Source of the DNA: Pseudovirgaria hyperparasitica
Lineage: Eukaryota
NCBI GenBank assembly: GCA_010093815.1
Contig: ML996578.1
Direction: 5' to 3' (one strand)
DNA: 64,000 nucleotides
Under the pieces are notes generated by a model. That model saw nothing but the letters and a program-made list of their open reading frames with translations. It was not told the origin of the DNA and did no database searches. A program made the translations under genes and the position numbers. Positions 1 through 13,200 of this stretch are shown here, in pieces (within the stretch, counting starts at the first letter, position 1; each line of letters begins with the position of its first letter).

Positions 1-1
1 A

Positions 2-547
2 TCATTATCGAAAGCGTACTCGCTGGCTGGTATTCGCGTTGGGTGGATTGCGTCCCGAGACGAGGCAATCATCGAGAAATGTGCTGCGATGCGACATTAC
101 ACGACGATATCAGTCAGTAAACTGGATGATCAAGTTGCAGCTTTTGCGCTAGATCGAGATACTGTCCACAGCCTGCTCGGACGAAACATCCAGCTAGCGA
201 AGAAGAATTTGGAAATTTTGGATCGATTCATCCTCAAACATGACGATGAGTGTTCTTGGGTAAAGCCTGTAGCAGGCACCACGGCGTTCGTGAAATTCTG
301 TAGAGACGGTCAACCTGTCGATTCAGCGGAATTGTCCAAACGGCTCATGGAGAAATCAGGAGTCTTGGTATTACCAGGGGACGTATGCTTTGGACCAGAG
401 TTCGCTGGCTATGTCAGAATCGGCTATGTACAGCGCACCGAGGCTCTTCAGGCAGGTCTTGACGCCATGCGAATGTTCATGAAAAGGGAATTTGACGATG
501 TCCCATTGGCAACACGTGCAGAAGATCAAGACATCAAAGATACTTAG
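2..547 (+). CDS. PLP-dependent aminotransferase class I/II, C-terminal part (5' truncated by the window edge)
   Basis: The frame is open from base 2 and reads SLSKAYSLAGIRVGW (PLP-lysine motif). It continues into ORF 89..547 with GVLVLPG..F...GYVRIGY. Confidence 0.85.
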   Translation, partial: SLSKAYSLAGIRVGWIASRDEAIIEKCAAMRHYTTISVSKLDDQVAAFALDRDTVHSLLGRNIQLAKKNLEILDRFILKHDDECSWVKPVAGTTAFVKFCRDGQPVDSAELSKRLMEKSGVLVLPGDVCFGPEFAGYVRIGYVQRTEALQAGLDAMRMFMKREFDDVPLATRAEDQDIKDT

Positions 548-1018
548 ATGATGCATCCAGTCAGGCTCGTACCGACTCCAAAGGCACAAATGTAGTATGC
601 CTCACATAGAGTGACATTTTCCATCTTAGTGAAGAGGCCGTGAATAATTGGTGGGGTTTGCGTGGGGCATCATCCATGCCGTTCGTAACAAGCTAGAGAT
701 GGATCCATCCATGGCTGCCATAAAATGCTATTTGCAAAACTCGACTGAATTTTCATCTCAAGACGGCCACTTAATCTTTTATCAGAAATTGCAATCGATT
801 GCATCTCCGTAAAATCGGGTTTTCGCCTTTCAACTGCGGAGCCGGCGCCATATATCACGAATCACGATAAGTCCACTTTTCTAATTTGTTATTAATCGCA
901 GTATGCCCACCTCCAACAGCGTGGGACTGGACACTCTTCAAATTCGCCATTGCAGCAACATTGTGATTGAACCTCGTCGATTAGGAGCTCGCATGGAACG
1001 ATTAAAACGTGTCAAACA

Positions 1019-3024
1019 ATGCCTCCAAAATCCATCATGTCAGATGGCCACTCTACAGAAACCTCCCCACTCTTGTCCAAGGATTCGTCCCAAACCATCA
1101 ACCCCAATGTTCTCGACTGCAGGGTCGGCATTACCACTGAAACGTCTCAATCTGTAGTACGTAACACAGCTAATGCAGAATCCTACAGCCCTCACACCAG
1201 AGATGTCGAGAACCAGTCGGGTTATGAAGTTCAGAAGTCACAACAGCATCAGGGGCTGCCAGAAGTACGGAAACGTCTGAAGTACATCATTCCAGCTGTT
1301 GCAATCGGGGTATGATTCCTATATAAACATTTCTCTCAGCAAGGCTGAAAACGTGGCGTTGTAGTGGGATGCACATCGGAGCGTTCTGATGACTGTGCTA
1401 GTATCTATAATACCACTTTCCCTGCCTGTTGGGAGCACTCGTGCCGCAAGCTGATCAATATCCCAGGTTTTCCTCGCTGCAGCTGATCAGACAGTAATCG
1501 TCTCTTCCTATGGACTGATTGGCACCGATTTGAAGGCATTGAATAAGACGTCATGGATAGCAACAGCGTAGGTGAATCATGCTCGTCAAGCAGTATTGAG
1601 AACTCACATGGAGTATAGGTACATGCTGACCTTGACCTCGTTTCAGCCCTTGTATGGCAAGCTCTCGGATATCTTCGGACGCAAAGCTTGCCTCATCTTC
1701 GCATACACAGTATTCGGCATTGGTTGCTTGTGTTGTGGTCTTGCTCGGGATATTAACGAATTGATAGCCGCCCGGGCTCTAGCTGGAATCGGTGGAGGAG
1801 GGATGACTGCGCTCGTGTCAATTCTCCTATCCGATATTGTCACCTTACGTGAGAGGGGAAAGTGGCAAGGCTACATCAACATCATATACGCCAGTGGTGC
1901 TGCAACTGGAGCTCCTGTTGGTGGAATTCTGGCTGATTATGTTGGTTGGAGATGGGCATTCAACGTACAGCCCCCGCTCTGTCTCATCAGTATTATTGCT
2001 GTGAGCCTAGCTCTGAAGCTACCAAGGCATAATCGTGGAAGCTGGAAGGCCAAAGTCCTAAGGATTGACTTCTTCGGTGCGATTATCCTCATAACTGCCA
2101 TATCGGCCTTCTTGATAGCCCTGGATCGAGGTAGTAATCAATCATGGAAGGACAAATGGACCATTGTGAGTCTGGCCATTTCACTTCCTCTCTTTGCTCT
2201 CTTTATTCTAGTCGAGAGTAAGGTCGCAGCGGAACCATTTGCACCTGGACATATCATCTTCAGGAGATCCATGTTTGCTGGATATCTGGTAAACTTCTTC
2301 GCTTTCGGAGGCTGGCTTGGAGCCTTGTTCTACATTCCTCTTCATTTTCAGGTTGTCAACGATTTGAGTGCTACGGAAGCAAGCCTGCGGTTGATTCCTT
2401 CCATCGTCTGCGGAGTATCTGGCTCACTTACTGCGGGATTCTATATGCAAAGGACCGGAAAGTACTATTGGCTTACAGTGATGTGCTATACGAACTTGAC
2501 GATAGGGATGTCCGTTGTGCTCCTCTGCTCTGGAATTCTCTTCAATTCTGTACCTGGTATAATGGTGGGCATGTGCATATGTGCATTCTCCAATGGTATC
2601 GGTGTGACTACGTCCTTGATAGCTTTGAGTAAATATCTCGCCCTCATCGTAACTGAAAGGACACAGGCTAACATCGATAGTTGCCAACTGTACTTACGAG
2701 GACCAAGCTGTCGTCACGGCGTGCTCATACCTATTCAGATCTCTCGGTAGCGTCTTCGGCATGTGCATTTCTGCGAGTATCACCAACTCAACACTCCGAA
2801 CAAGTCTCATGCATGCGTTGAGCAATGGCAAGGATGGCGAGAGGATTGCAGAGGGTGTGAGACATAGCTTGGCATATATTAGAACTCTTGAACCCTCACT
2901 TCGCGAATTGGTGAGGAGCTGCTATGGTTTGTCCACACGATCTGCATTTGGGTTCCAGGTTGCACTCGTCATGGGAGCTACAGTAAGCGCAGTATTCATC
3001 AAAGAGAAGGCTCTGGGTACTTGA
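1019..3024 (+). CDS. MFS transporter, DHA2/VBA-like (about 14 TM)
   Basis: Exons about 1019-1309, 1467-1568, 1619-2628 and 2681-3024, joined by GT-AG introns. Motifs: VFLAAADQTVI, SWIATAY, YGKLSDIFGRK (MFS motif A), ERGKWQG, GWRWAF. Confidence 0.9.
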
Positions 3025-3329
3025 AAGAAGAGCGCGGGGACGAGATTAGTGGGCAGCAGAGAATGGCTGTGCCAATGCTCGTCGAAAGCATCAACATTAT
3101 ACATTTTTAGAGGGTGTTAATTGTTCGCATTGGTGGTTTTTATCTGGTATTAGTACGCCTAGATCCAGGTACCTTCTATTGTCGCATCATAGAAAGCAGG
3201 GCGCGTCGAGGAGCTTCGGCATATTGTTGGATTGTCCACTTGTCTCACAATATCTGTCCAGCCACTGTTAGATACAAGCCTCGATACAATAACCGAGTCA
3301 CAATCAAGTCCAATTCTCCTTCCTGGATC

Positions 3330-4000
3330 AATGACACTGGGACGCTGTCTTCAATGTGGAGGGCCCTGCAACCAGACGTGCTCAACATGTGACACCTATA
3401 TACTTGGCACAACAAGGACAATGTTAAGAAAGGGCCTTCCGAACATTCTCTCAAGTGCAATAAAGGTGCCATGGAAGCATCGAAACTTCTTTGACATACA
3501 TTCTAACTACTTCTGTAATGCTTGGAGTCATGATCGCTACGATGTTAAGATATTCAAACTCTTTGTTTGGAGCACACTAGAAACTTCGACTATACCCTGG
3601 GTTTATCGCGAGAGTGCAGTCTGGCTCTCTGATTCGACACCATCCTACATTACCGCTACACTCCTATATGCGGCCGGCGACTTTTCAGGAGGACTCTGGA
3701 CAACATTGACGAACCTCTACGTCCTGTATCCTTGAACATGAGTCGCAACAGATGTCTTAGCCGCATTCCTGGACCTCATGATCTCTGGAGCATACACATG
3801 AGCCCTTAATCGATGAAACTATGCATGCACTGAATTGCGGAATGTGTTGGTATTGGGTCAGTGAAGTTGAGAAATTATATAGGCAACTGCAGGTTTCAGA
3901 ACGCAGCCACACGATTGGTATCTACTAGCAGAGATCGCATATTCTTGATACCGGACAATTCATCTCCGTAGTTGACAGTACGCTGTCGCTCTCGAATGCA
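3330..4000 (+). pseudogene. Possible decayed MYND-type zinc-finger gene
   Basis: ATG then CLQC...CSTC, frame-shifted SLKC...WKH, LLYAAGD and later HILDTGQF fragments. There is no continuous ORF. Recognised by pattern only. Confidence 0.25.
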
Positions 4001-4653
4001 TTGCGAATGCATCTCGCAATGATACCACCTTATTTATAGGGGATTCATGAGAACACGGAAGATATGCCGATATGGAGGACATGCTGGTTATATTAAGGAA
4101 CGAAGAACGCTACCTTCGAAATTTCATCAAGGAAACAGCCGTGGAAAGAGAAGGTCAAGATTCATGGACGATGTTGATTGATGCAAGTCATGATGCGACT
4201 TCTACGTGTCAGCGATCTGCTATAACGCCTCCGGAAAGATGTCCGCTCCCGGCCGAATGCTCGCCCAAATCCGTCACCTACCTAGACCATAATACTCTTG
4301 GCCCTTGGTCCTACTCACCTTTAGTCATATCGTAGAGAGAACACACGTATATACAGGTGCCAAGAGTGGCATGTTCTAGACAAGCATCAAATGTCGGCCT
4401 TCAAGAGCCGCTAGAAGAGCTGCAGAGAAGACTCGCCGAACGTCCTAAACTCCTGGATGCAGTAAAGTCTACCGCCAACTCGGTCTTGGTTGTGGGGTAG
4501 CGTGCGCTCATGCCACACATGGTTCGGCAATGATGCTATTGCCGTCTGTACGTACACGAGTCTATAAAGTTCTCCGTGGGTGCTATGATAAAAGAGTCGA
4601 ATGAATTCGAGAAGCTACCCCCGAGACTCAATTATTCTTCCAACTGCCTCATA

Positions 4654-6415
4654 ATGTTTACAATGGTGTTACCAATCGCTTTGGCTGTAGTAGGAACTGC
4701 TTTCACAGCATTGGCACAGAATGTATCAACATATGTGAATCCGGCTGTACCAACAGGTACCTATCATTGACACTATATACATTGATAAAAGCTGAACGAT
4801 CCAGGGACGCCAGTATCAGGCAATTATACTGGATCTTTACGGCCTCAAATTCATTTCTCGCCGCCGCAGCATTTGTATGTTGTAAATTTCCCCATGATCC
4901 GATCACAGAACATAATATAGTCAGCATGAACGATCCCAATGGCATGTTCAAGGATGCAAACGGCACATGGCATCTATACTACCAATGTCCGTTCATCCCT
5001 GTTTCAACAGAATAGACCCTCACAACATGTTAGATAATCCTACCGCAACGGTCGCAGGGAACCAACACTGGGGGCATGCAACGTCCTCAGATCTCTACCA
5101 CTGGACTAACCAACCCATCGCCCTTTTCCCACCAACATCTGAATCCTTTGTATTTTCCGGTTCAATCGTCGTAGACTCGAACAACACATCCGGCTTCTTC
5201 CCATCGCAGTCCAACGGCGTCGTCGCGATCTACACCGTTGCACAATATCCCTCTGGAGCTCCCGGTCCACAAACACAAAACATCGCGTACTCCACGGATG
5301 GCGGCTACTCCTTCACCGTATACGCCAATAACCCCGTGATAGACAGCGAAAGCAGCCAATTTCGCGATCCCCAGGTCACGTGGTACGAGGACCATTGGGT
5401 CATGGCTATTGCGTACGCGCAAGATTTTACGATCGGGTTCTATACGAGCCCGGATTTGAAGGAGTGGAAGCATGCGAGCAACTTCACTAACTATGGTCTG
5501 CTGGGGCTACAGTACGAGTGTCCGAATCTTGTGCGGATGCCAGTTGTACAGCCTGCACCGACAGACGCAAAAGAGCTTTTCGTTCTGCTTATCAGCATCA
5601 ACCCCGGCGCGCCGCTCGGGGGAAGCATTACCGAGTTCTTCCCTGGAACTTTCAACGGCACACACTTCACTGCCGTTGACAGTGCAGCCCGCATCGCCGA
5701 TTTCGGCAAGGACAACTACGCAACGCAGTTCTTCTCCGGCTTGCAGGACGAAGCGGTAAGCATCGGCTGGGCAAGCAACTGGCAATACACTCAGCAAGTA
5801 CCCACAGGCCCCATGGAAGGCTGGCGCTCCGCCATGTCTCTACCCCGTCGCAATTTCCTGACCGGTGCTGAGAGGATCGGCTGGGTACTGGGCAGCGAGC
5901 CATATGACTTATCACCTGTGCTCGGCGACCAGATCGGCGACGAGAAGTTGGGCAACGGCACAATAACGCTCGACTACGCAGGTGTGCAGAGTAATGCACT
6001 CTACTGGGAAGCAAATATCACCGGAATCCCCTCATCGGGCGTGGCTAGCTACGCCAGCCTCAACATCACATTCTTCTCTTCCACTAGCGGCGAGAGCCTG
6101 GCCATGGGCTTCTATCTCGGTGGCGACGTGCCCTTCTGGCTCGACCGTGGGCGTATTCGTGGATTTGAGAATCCGTTCTTCACGGACAAGGTCAGCACGA
6201 ATACGCTGATTGGGAGTGCAGGCACATGGCGAATTGCAGGTGTGATCGATCGATCGATTGTGGAGGTATTCCTGGAAGGCGGGAGGCATAGTGCCACGCA
6301 GACATTCTATCCAAAGGAGAAGTTGGAGGTTATGAGTGTGCGGGCAGGCGATTTGCCTACGAATGCGAGTGTGAGTGTGGGTGTTTGGGAGGTCGTAAGT
6401 GCGTGGATGGAGTGA
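4654..6415 (+). CDS. Secreted GH32 beta-fructofuranosidase (invertase/inulinase)
   Basis: Signal peptide [21 protein letters not shown] and three short 5' introns. Spliced product has [16 protein letters not shown] (nucleophile), [21 protein letters not shown] and YECP (acid/base). Confidence 0.95.
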
Positions 6416-6784
6416 TTCTCGGGTGTCTAATGGGAGGATATCGAAGTTTTCTCGTTTAGCACGCTCGCGTGATGTATTTCCTGAATGAACACGATCAATA
6501 TTGAATTGAAAATACTATTCACATTACCTAGAAATGATACAGATGCTGTAACGACCTGAACGCCTCTTCGCCGTCTGCTTTTCCCATCCTAGTTCTACAT
6601 TCATGCCAGACTCGCAGTCGTCACCTTGGTGTCGGGGCTGCTTGCTGCATCCGCTGACCAGATAGAAATCCAAGACCTGTGCTTTGGGCATCCAAAATGG
6701 TCGAAAGGAAGTCTAGTAAGTCCTTAACCAGGCCGCTTCGCTCATCAAGCAACCGTATGTGTTGAGTTTGATCTTCTTAATCCC

Positions 6785-7537
6785 TCAAAATCTTTTTCGT
6801 GTCGGCTCTGGACTCGGACTCCTCGTCATACTCCTCTCATCACGACCCCTTAGCTTCAGCCACTTCTTCGTGCTCAATTCCAGGTCGCGATCCAGCTCCG
6901 CACTGGGCTCCTTCCGGTGTATAAAGTTGCAGAACCCAGCGCGCACACAGCCCTCCCCGGAATTCAGTCTACAGCACGCCTCGCGGAAATCTGTTACCGG
7001 AGAAAGCTCGCAGTATATAGGGCGCGCGGCGTACCAGCGGGAGTTCAGAGCGTCGCAAGCCTTTTGAGCACAGTCTTCGTATTTAAAACGTGCATAGACG
7101 TTGCCGATGAGATCTGTTAGAGGCTGTTAGCACTGTTCACTTGCATGATTTTGAAAGGTTCTGGAGCTGGGCGACATACGATCATTATTGTTGTCGCACA
7201 CGACAACCTCCTCGATCTCGCCAAACTTGCACATCTCGCACCAAAAGTCTTCGTAAAATGCATCAAAGTGATTCTGCAGTTGCGACGCGTTCATCTTGTT
7301 CTTAGGGTCGAAGGCTGGGTTTTGATATAGATTGGGCAGAAGGATCGTCTGCGAGTATGAAGGTTTGACATGCTTTCGTGAACATCGGTCGCCGTGACGA
7401 CATGCGCCAATCTTGTAGTAGAAAGAGCAGTTGACCTGATTTCAGTGTTAGTGAAGTTTCCGTAATGCGCAGAGTTTGGATTGAGCACTTGCCTTGTCTT
7501 GCTCAGTACCGAAGATGGAGGCGAGGTAATTCGCCAT
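6785..7537 (-). CDS. U2AF1: Splicing factor U2AF small subunit (U2AF35/U2AF23)
   Basis: Not recovered by the ORF track. Exons 7537-7493 (MANYLASIFGTEQDK), 7435-7180 (VNCSFYYKIGACRHGDRCSRKH...VCDNNND) and 7113-6785 (LIGNVYARF...ELSPVTDFREACCR...GFCNFIH...RSPSPEPTRKRF*). Intron 1 is GC-AG. Confidence 0.97.
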
Positions 7538-8173
7538 GATCACCAGTGGATTTTGAAGTCAGATAGGAACAGGCTTCAATCAGGCAGGATTGAGATATGC
7601 AGTGATGTTGTCCTGAAAAATGAAAATGTCGCGACTATGATGGTGACAACCTTGGTCCGACGCGAATGTGAATATCTTGGGCTGACAAATGGATGCTTGG
7701 CGTCGCCTTTGGAATGTTCGCGCGCGAAGAGGCTTCAAGGTTGATCCAGATTCTTCCGTGATGACAGTTTGGCATTCCACACTGATAACACCAAACTATT
7801 ATGATCTAGTATCTATGACCTCATGGTTTTTGTCGGATCATATTGCGCCATGCTGGGCTGTTACTTCAAGCCTCTAGCAAAGTAGCTGCTACAAAACATA
7901 TTTGTACCTAATACATACATAAAATTTATCGTTATGTGTGGATTATTTCCATCTTGGTATAATCTTGGAAGTGCATAGAAGACTGAAACGCTACCAATAT
8001 GTCTACAGGCGGGATGCCAGAACCCCTTAACAAATCTCTTTACTACAGAACATACGACGAACTCCGGAGCATATACTGTTGTAAGGTGCTTGGTCATATC
8101 ACTTGAACTGCTTGAAGAGCCTGAGAAAAGTATGTCAGTGACCTGGTCAACCACCGTAGGTATTCTGGGGAAC

Positions 8174-9083
8174 TCACGGTTTCTGTGTCTGTTTGACCCA
8201 TTCATATGTCTTTCTGTCAAAGTCATGTTTGCTGTGACTAAGTTTTGTCAAAGCCTTAGGGCTGTACTCTTGCTCCAGCAACCTTGTATACGCATATGGG
8301 ATCTTTACTGGTTTTCCTTCGAATTCGCTTTGTCGCAGAGGGTAAATGTCATCTGCGTCGAATCTCTGTCTGTCTTTTGAATACAGCTTCCCGGTCTCGC
8401 CCTTCTTCTCGGCATCACGGTCTCGTCTCAAGGTTGTAATATCAATGAACAAACCAGTCTCGGTGTCGATCCATCTTGCGTCGATGGCGTTCATTCTATC
8501 CAAGGTTGAGCCGTTACTGTAGTGCTCATTGACCTCCATGAGGTATTTCTTTGCTCTAGGCCAGTCTTCGCCCTTGTATTTATGCACCGTCATGTTGTAG
8601 TAGTTGGCTAGAAGCTTGATACTTCTTTCAGAAACTTGAACATCCACATCGGAATCCCACGGCATTATTTTTCGATTCCACCACCACCCCAATAAAGACC
8701 CATGCATGATCCATGTTTCTGCACCAATCGCGCTCATAGTCGCTAGGTATGACTGCATCATGGTACTGAGATTACCATGCTGGTATTCTTCCGGTAATGT
8801 CTTCATTGCGAAGCGTCCGTCGTAATGGGGATGGAACTGAGACCACGATTAGGACGACATTCTGAGCGATTGCCAGGAGACTTACGATAGACTCATGGAA
8901 GTACTTAGATTTGGGATCCCCCGCTCTTCCGCTCATATCTTTATGATTTTTCGATAGTCCTCGTAGGCTTGAGAAGTCTGAGTTGTCCGCTTTTTCGGGT
9001 TCTAAAGATTCTGAGGGAAGGGCGGCGCCAGAGCAGCACACAGCGCAGAGCACCACCAGGGCGGACGGAAGGCTGAATAACAT
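8174..9083 (-). CDS. LicD/fukutin-family phosphotransferase (MNN4-like mannosylphosphorylation protein)
   Basis: Signal peptide, then KYFHESI|FHPHYDGRF across intron 8837-8885. Also TWIMHGSLLGWWW, PWDSDVDV and IDARWID..TGLFIDIT. Confidence 0.9.
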
Positions 9084-9839
9084 AATTGGTATTCCGACGA
9101 GCTGAATCGGTTGGGAACGCGGGTCGTCGACTGAAAGACGATGGTATGCGTGAGGTGCGTTCGCGGGGTGTTGTAGTGAGAAAGGGTTGGTGTCGCGTGC
9201 TCATGTACGAAGACACCTGTACCGTGCCGGTATATCAGAATACTCTAGATAACCTTGGGTGTAGAGGACAAGCGAATGATCGCAATAACATATGAGTAGG
9301 CAATGGCTTGGACTGATCCCGCGCCGCATGCCATTGCAAACTACCTATAATGGAGACTATCAGCACGCATGAACCTGGAAGCTCCACACTGACCAGCTCC
9401 AAGATTGGCTAAGCGCGCACATTTCCGCCTGGACAGGTTTGAGAGCCCCACGATGCGGCGTCATCCCCTGTAGTAAAGCCTTTGGCGCTACGGTTCAGCT
9501 ATCTACCTATGCCAGGGTATCAGAATATTTCTGTTGGTCGGTGCTTTTTACCATGCCCGGGTATCGGTCGTCTCGTCGTGCAATGTTGATGCTATCGTGG
9601 TGGCATATCATCGTATCCTGGAAGTCCCGCAAGCCTCATGCGCCTTCTTGGAGATGACATGATACGATTCGCTTGCTGTAGACGGCCTTATTCTCGCCTG
9701 ACCGATTTGTGCAAGAAGCTGACGCGGACATCCAGGGGCTTACGCTAGAAAGCTTGTCTCGACTCTGCAGCATTCCGCGCTAGTAAGGACATGACATGGA
9801 AGTACCAAACGTCCACGATACGAGATATTCGAACATACG

Positions 9840-10270
9840 CGTGCTTAGAGCCTTCTAAATCTCTTACCTCTGCAAAAGAGTCTGTATATTACAATAAGAC
9901 AATTAAGACTATAGAGTTTTTGGGTTTTAATCTCTTGATCTAATCTATAGTAAGAGGGTCAAATTTTCAAGAAAAGGTCGGGTTAAGAAGGTGATTTTCT
10001 CAACTATTGGTGTAATGTCTACACGCTATCTTCTAAGAACTCATAAGAATTTCAAAAGATCCTTCTATATTTCTTTAAGGAGACTTTACCAAGATAAATA
10101 AACTTATGGAAGGATAAAGATATGCCTAATATATGTCTTATACCTACTTTTAATGCTCTTAAATTCTTATCTACAAATATGTGCGTGGAAAGAACTTCAG
10201 ATCAGAAAATAGGGGCGAGTACAAGCGTGTAGGAGTGCTACGAGCATTCTATAGGTTCTAGGTAGGAAAA
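9840..10270. repeat. AT-rich, TpA-enriched island; probable RIP-degraded repeat relic
   Basis: Abrupt rise in AT and TA dinucleotides relative to the flanks, and no ORF in the track. Family not identifiable. Confidence 0.3.
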
Positions 10271-13200
10271 CGACGGATTTGTAATGTAATCGGGTAGATG
10301 GCCGCTGCTCCTTTTGTGCCCCTCGCGCACTGCCTCTTAAGTCAAGAGAGATAATTTTGAACTTAGTATCGCGGGAATGGCGAATATGAATATGTGTATG
10401 TGCGTTTGTGCGAACGGTGGTTCATATATATAGACCGGTGACGATATTTATCCACCACCTATCCTTACCAAAAACGTAGCCTGTATCTAATAATAGTCAG
10501 AACACTTCAGCAGCGGCTGAGTGATTAAGACATTGCCTTCTCCGCCCTTTGTCGAGAAAGAAACTTGGTTTCTGAGGAAAGGGGCAGCACAATTCATCAT
10601 GAGCTCACCATGCATGGTATGTCGTGCTAATCTTTGCTTTACAACAGAATTTTCGAACTCTAGTTAGGAGTCCATTCAGGGGCTTTGTCGTTGCCTATTC
10701 ATGCGGACTAGACGTTGTGGGGTTTGATGTTAGCGGTGTATACATACTGAATAGCGATCTTGGAAGTATTCTATAGTTCAAAAGTTGCAAACACGGATGG
10801 GCATCCACCCCGGCCGTGGTGGAACCTCTTTAGTTTATCTAATTGGCAACCGGTAGGAGTTGTAGGTACTACCGACCACTGATTTCTATCAAATTTCCCT
10901 ATATATCCTCGATTAGTCTCTTTCTAGCATTTTAGTCGCTTCCATGTTAATGCATGTATATCAAGTATGTTTACTCTCGATATAGTACACTAGCAAAGCA
11001 ATAGAATCAGCAATACAAATGTGTTATTGTACTTGAGTTCGGTTGACATAAAGTGCTTGAAGCCAACATGAATTACATCTCAAGTATCGCGTATCGAAAC
11101 TCGATGCTTTAACGGCTCATGTGCCTACAGACCCCTCAGGGTCTAAAGTAGGTCCATCCTCAAGTTCTCGGTTTGCCTCGATGAGAGACTTTTGAGGAAA
11201 TTTCTGTGACTAAATCTCGATGACCATGTCGAACAACATTGCCCGTCTCGCGTTTCACATTATACAGCGTGTGTCTATGACCTCAGCAGAACCACATAGT
11301 ACAAGGCATGTCCTCAGCCCAGGTCGAACAAGAAAGGTCTGCTAGGAGAAGTCAAAGTCCTTAGATCTTAGGCCATAACGAAGCATGAATTATGATCTTT
11401 TCGAGTCCAAGAGTGAAGTTTCATCCATAATACTCGTCTATAGCATCTGTTGTCATGCATACATGTCGTCTTAGGCATGTCTAGCGTGAACTCACACGTG
11501 GAGTTGAGGTATCGCCATGACTTCGCGCTGATCTACCGGGAAGATACGAGAAGGAGATATACGATGATCTGATTTCATACAAAGCGTCAGGGTCCACCTC
11601 ACATGGACCTAATAAGTCTGAGCGAAAGACCGTAGATTCCCACAGATCATGATAGGCGGCCTGGAGGGAGGGACGTCTTTGCTGGTCTTGGGTCAAACGA
11701 CATGTTTCTTGTTGGTTGGGCCTTCCCTAGGTGCGCAGCATTGGCCGTACTAGGTACTCTGTTTAACTAGCTTAAATTTTGTTATTAATCCACTTCCACT
11801 TTTTGGAAGCAATTAAATATCCTATAGGTGTTGTGGGAGAAACACTGCAAGGAGGTTGGCGCGAGATAACGATCACGTAGCCTAATACCTGCGTGGTGAA
11901 ATGATGAGGCTTGGAGGAGTAAACGGCAAGATCTCACGTTTGGGGTATACCTCACATCCTAAGCACCACTCTCCGCTGCATTGTGTAAGAGTGGACCGCC
12001 GCAGGCGATTTGCGTGTCCATGTCTAGAGATGACAGGAGGTCTTCTGATATAAAGACCTTTGACCTGTATTCATCGATTCTTCTCCCAGCTCCTTAGTAT
12101 CCGAATGCCACATCCGATAACGATGCTAAAAATTTTACCGGTCCATGATTTGGAATCGATGACAGGACGTTGTTCAGTGGCTTCTCGAGAAAAAAACCCT
12201 GAGACGATTTCACGGGCTCGTAAAAGTTGTAAGCATACATGCCTCCGTGACATACAACCCTACAATGGTACTAAATGACTAAAGATACTACACCGTCGCG
12301 AGCAATCGTCAGTATGTAAAACCACGACAGCTTTTAAGAGAAATGGTCTGCTCAGGAGAAGGTAGCTATACCGATAGATCTTGCGATAGTAGTACCTGGA
12401 CGAAACGCGCTAAGCCCGTTGATCAAATTACCTGTTCTTACCCCACTAAGAAGTAGTCCAGACCTTTAAAGTGTCTCCACCCTATTGACTGGGTCGTATC
12501 GAAATGTAAGTACGACGACGCCCTGGTGCAGTGCCACAAATCTAGGAACGAATGTGGAAGACAAGCTTTCAATTTCGGCCCTTATCCGCGTGGTCCGGAA
12601 GCGAGAACCGAACATGCGAGCGAATCTTTTGGTTTTGTCTCCGCATTTCAATCTGTTGCAAGAGTGAGTAGCCACGATGGCATCAGGTCTTTTCAAGTCA
12701 AACCAGATGTGACAATGGCTTCTCTTCAAGGCCTTCCATGAATGCGTGAATGCCGGCGCCATGTCTGTGCAGCTTCTGATGAATAATAGTGAACAAGCAC
12801 TTGTATAGATGCCTGTACAGGGCGCAACGATAAGGCCGACCATTGCTAGACCATCTGACGGTTGTTGGCTTACTCTGGTCTTACACTGTGGCTAGACGGT
12901 ACAACAGTCGCCTGTTTTCAGTTGTGGAGTTGCCAGACGGTTAAGAAGATTGGCGGCGGAAGGATGCAATGATGCATGAATCATGAAAGAAGCAGAAGCC
13001 ACCCGCTCGCCCGGCTGTGGGGTTGTTGTGCTGACTACATGCTGCTCCGTGCGGCCTTTCTCCAGTAGCTAGGTTTCTGGAGTTACGAGGACAAGATCGC
13101 GAGCGGAACCGAAGATGACTGTTGGACGACCAAGGGTGGGCCGTGGTGGCTTGCTCGCGTCGCGACCTCCCTTGTTATGTTTCCGCCATTCGTTGACGCT

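Noticed and set aside
1309..1466. Stwintron [D1,2] interpretation of the long MFS intron
   Set aside because: The reconstituted donor would remove one extra G and break the reading frame.
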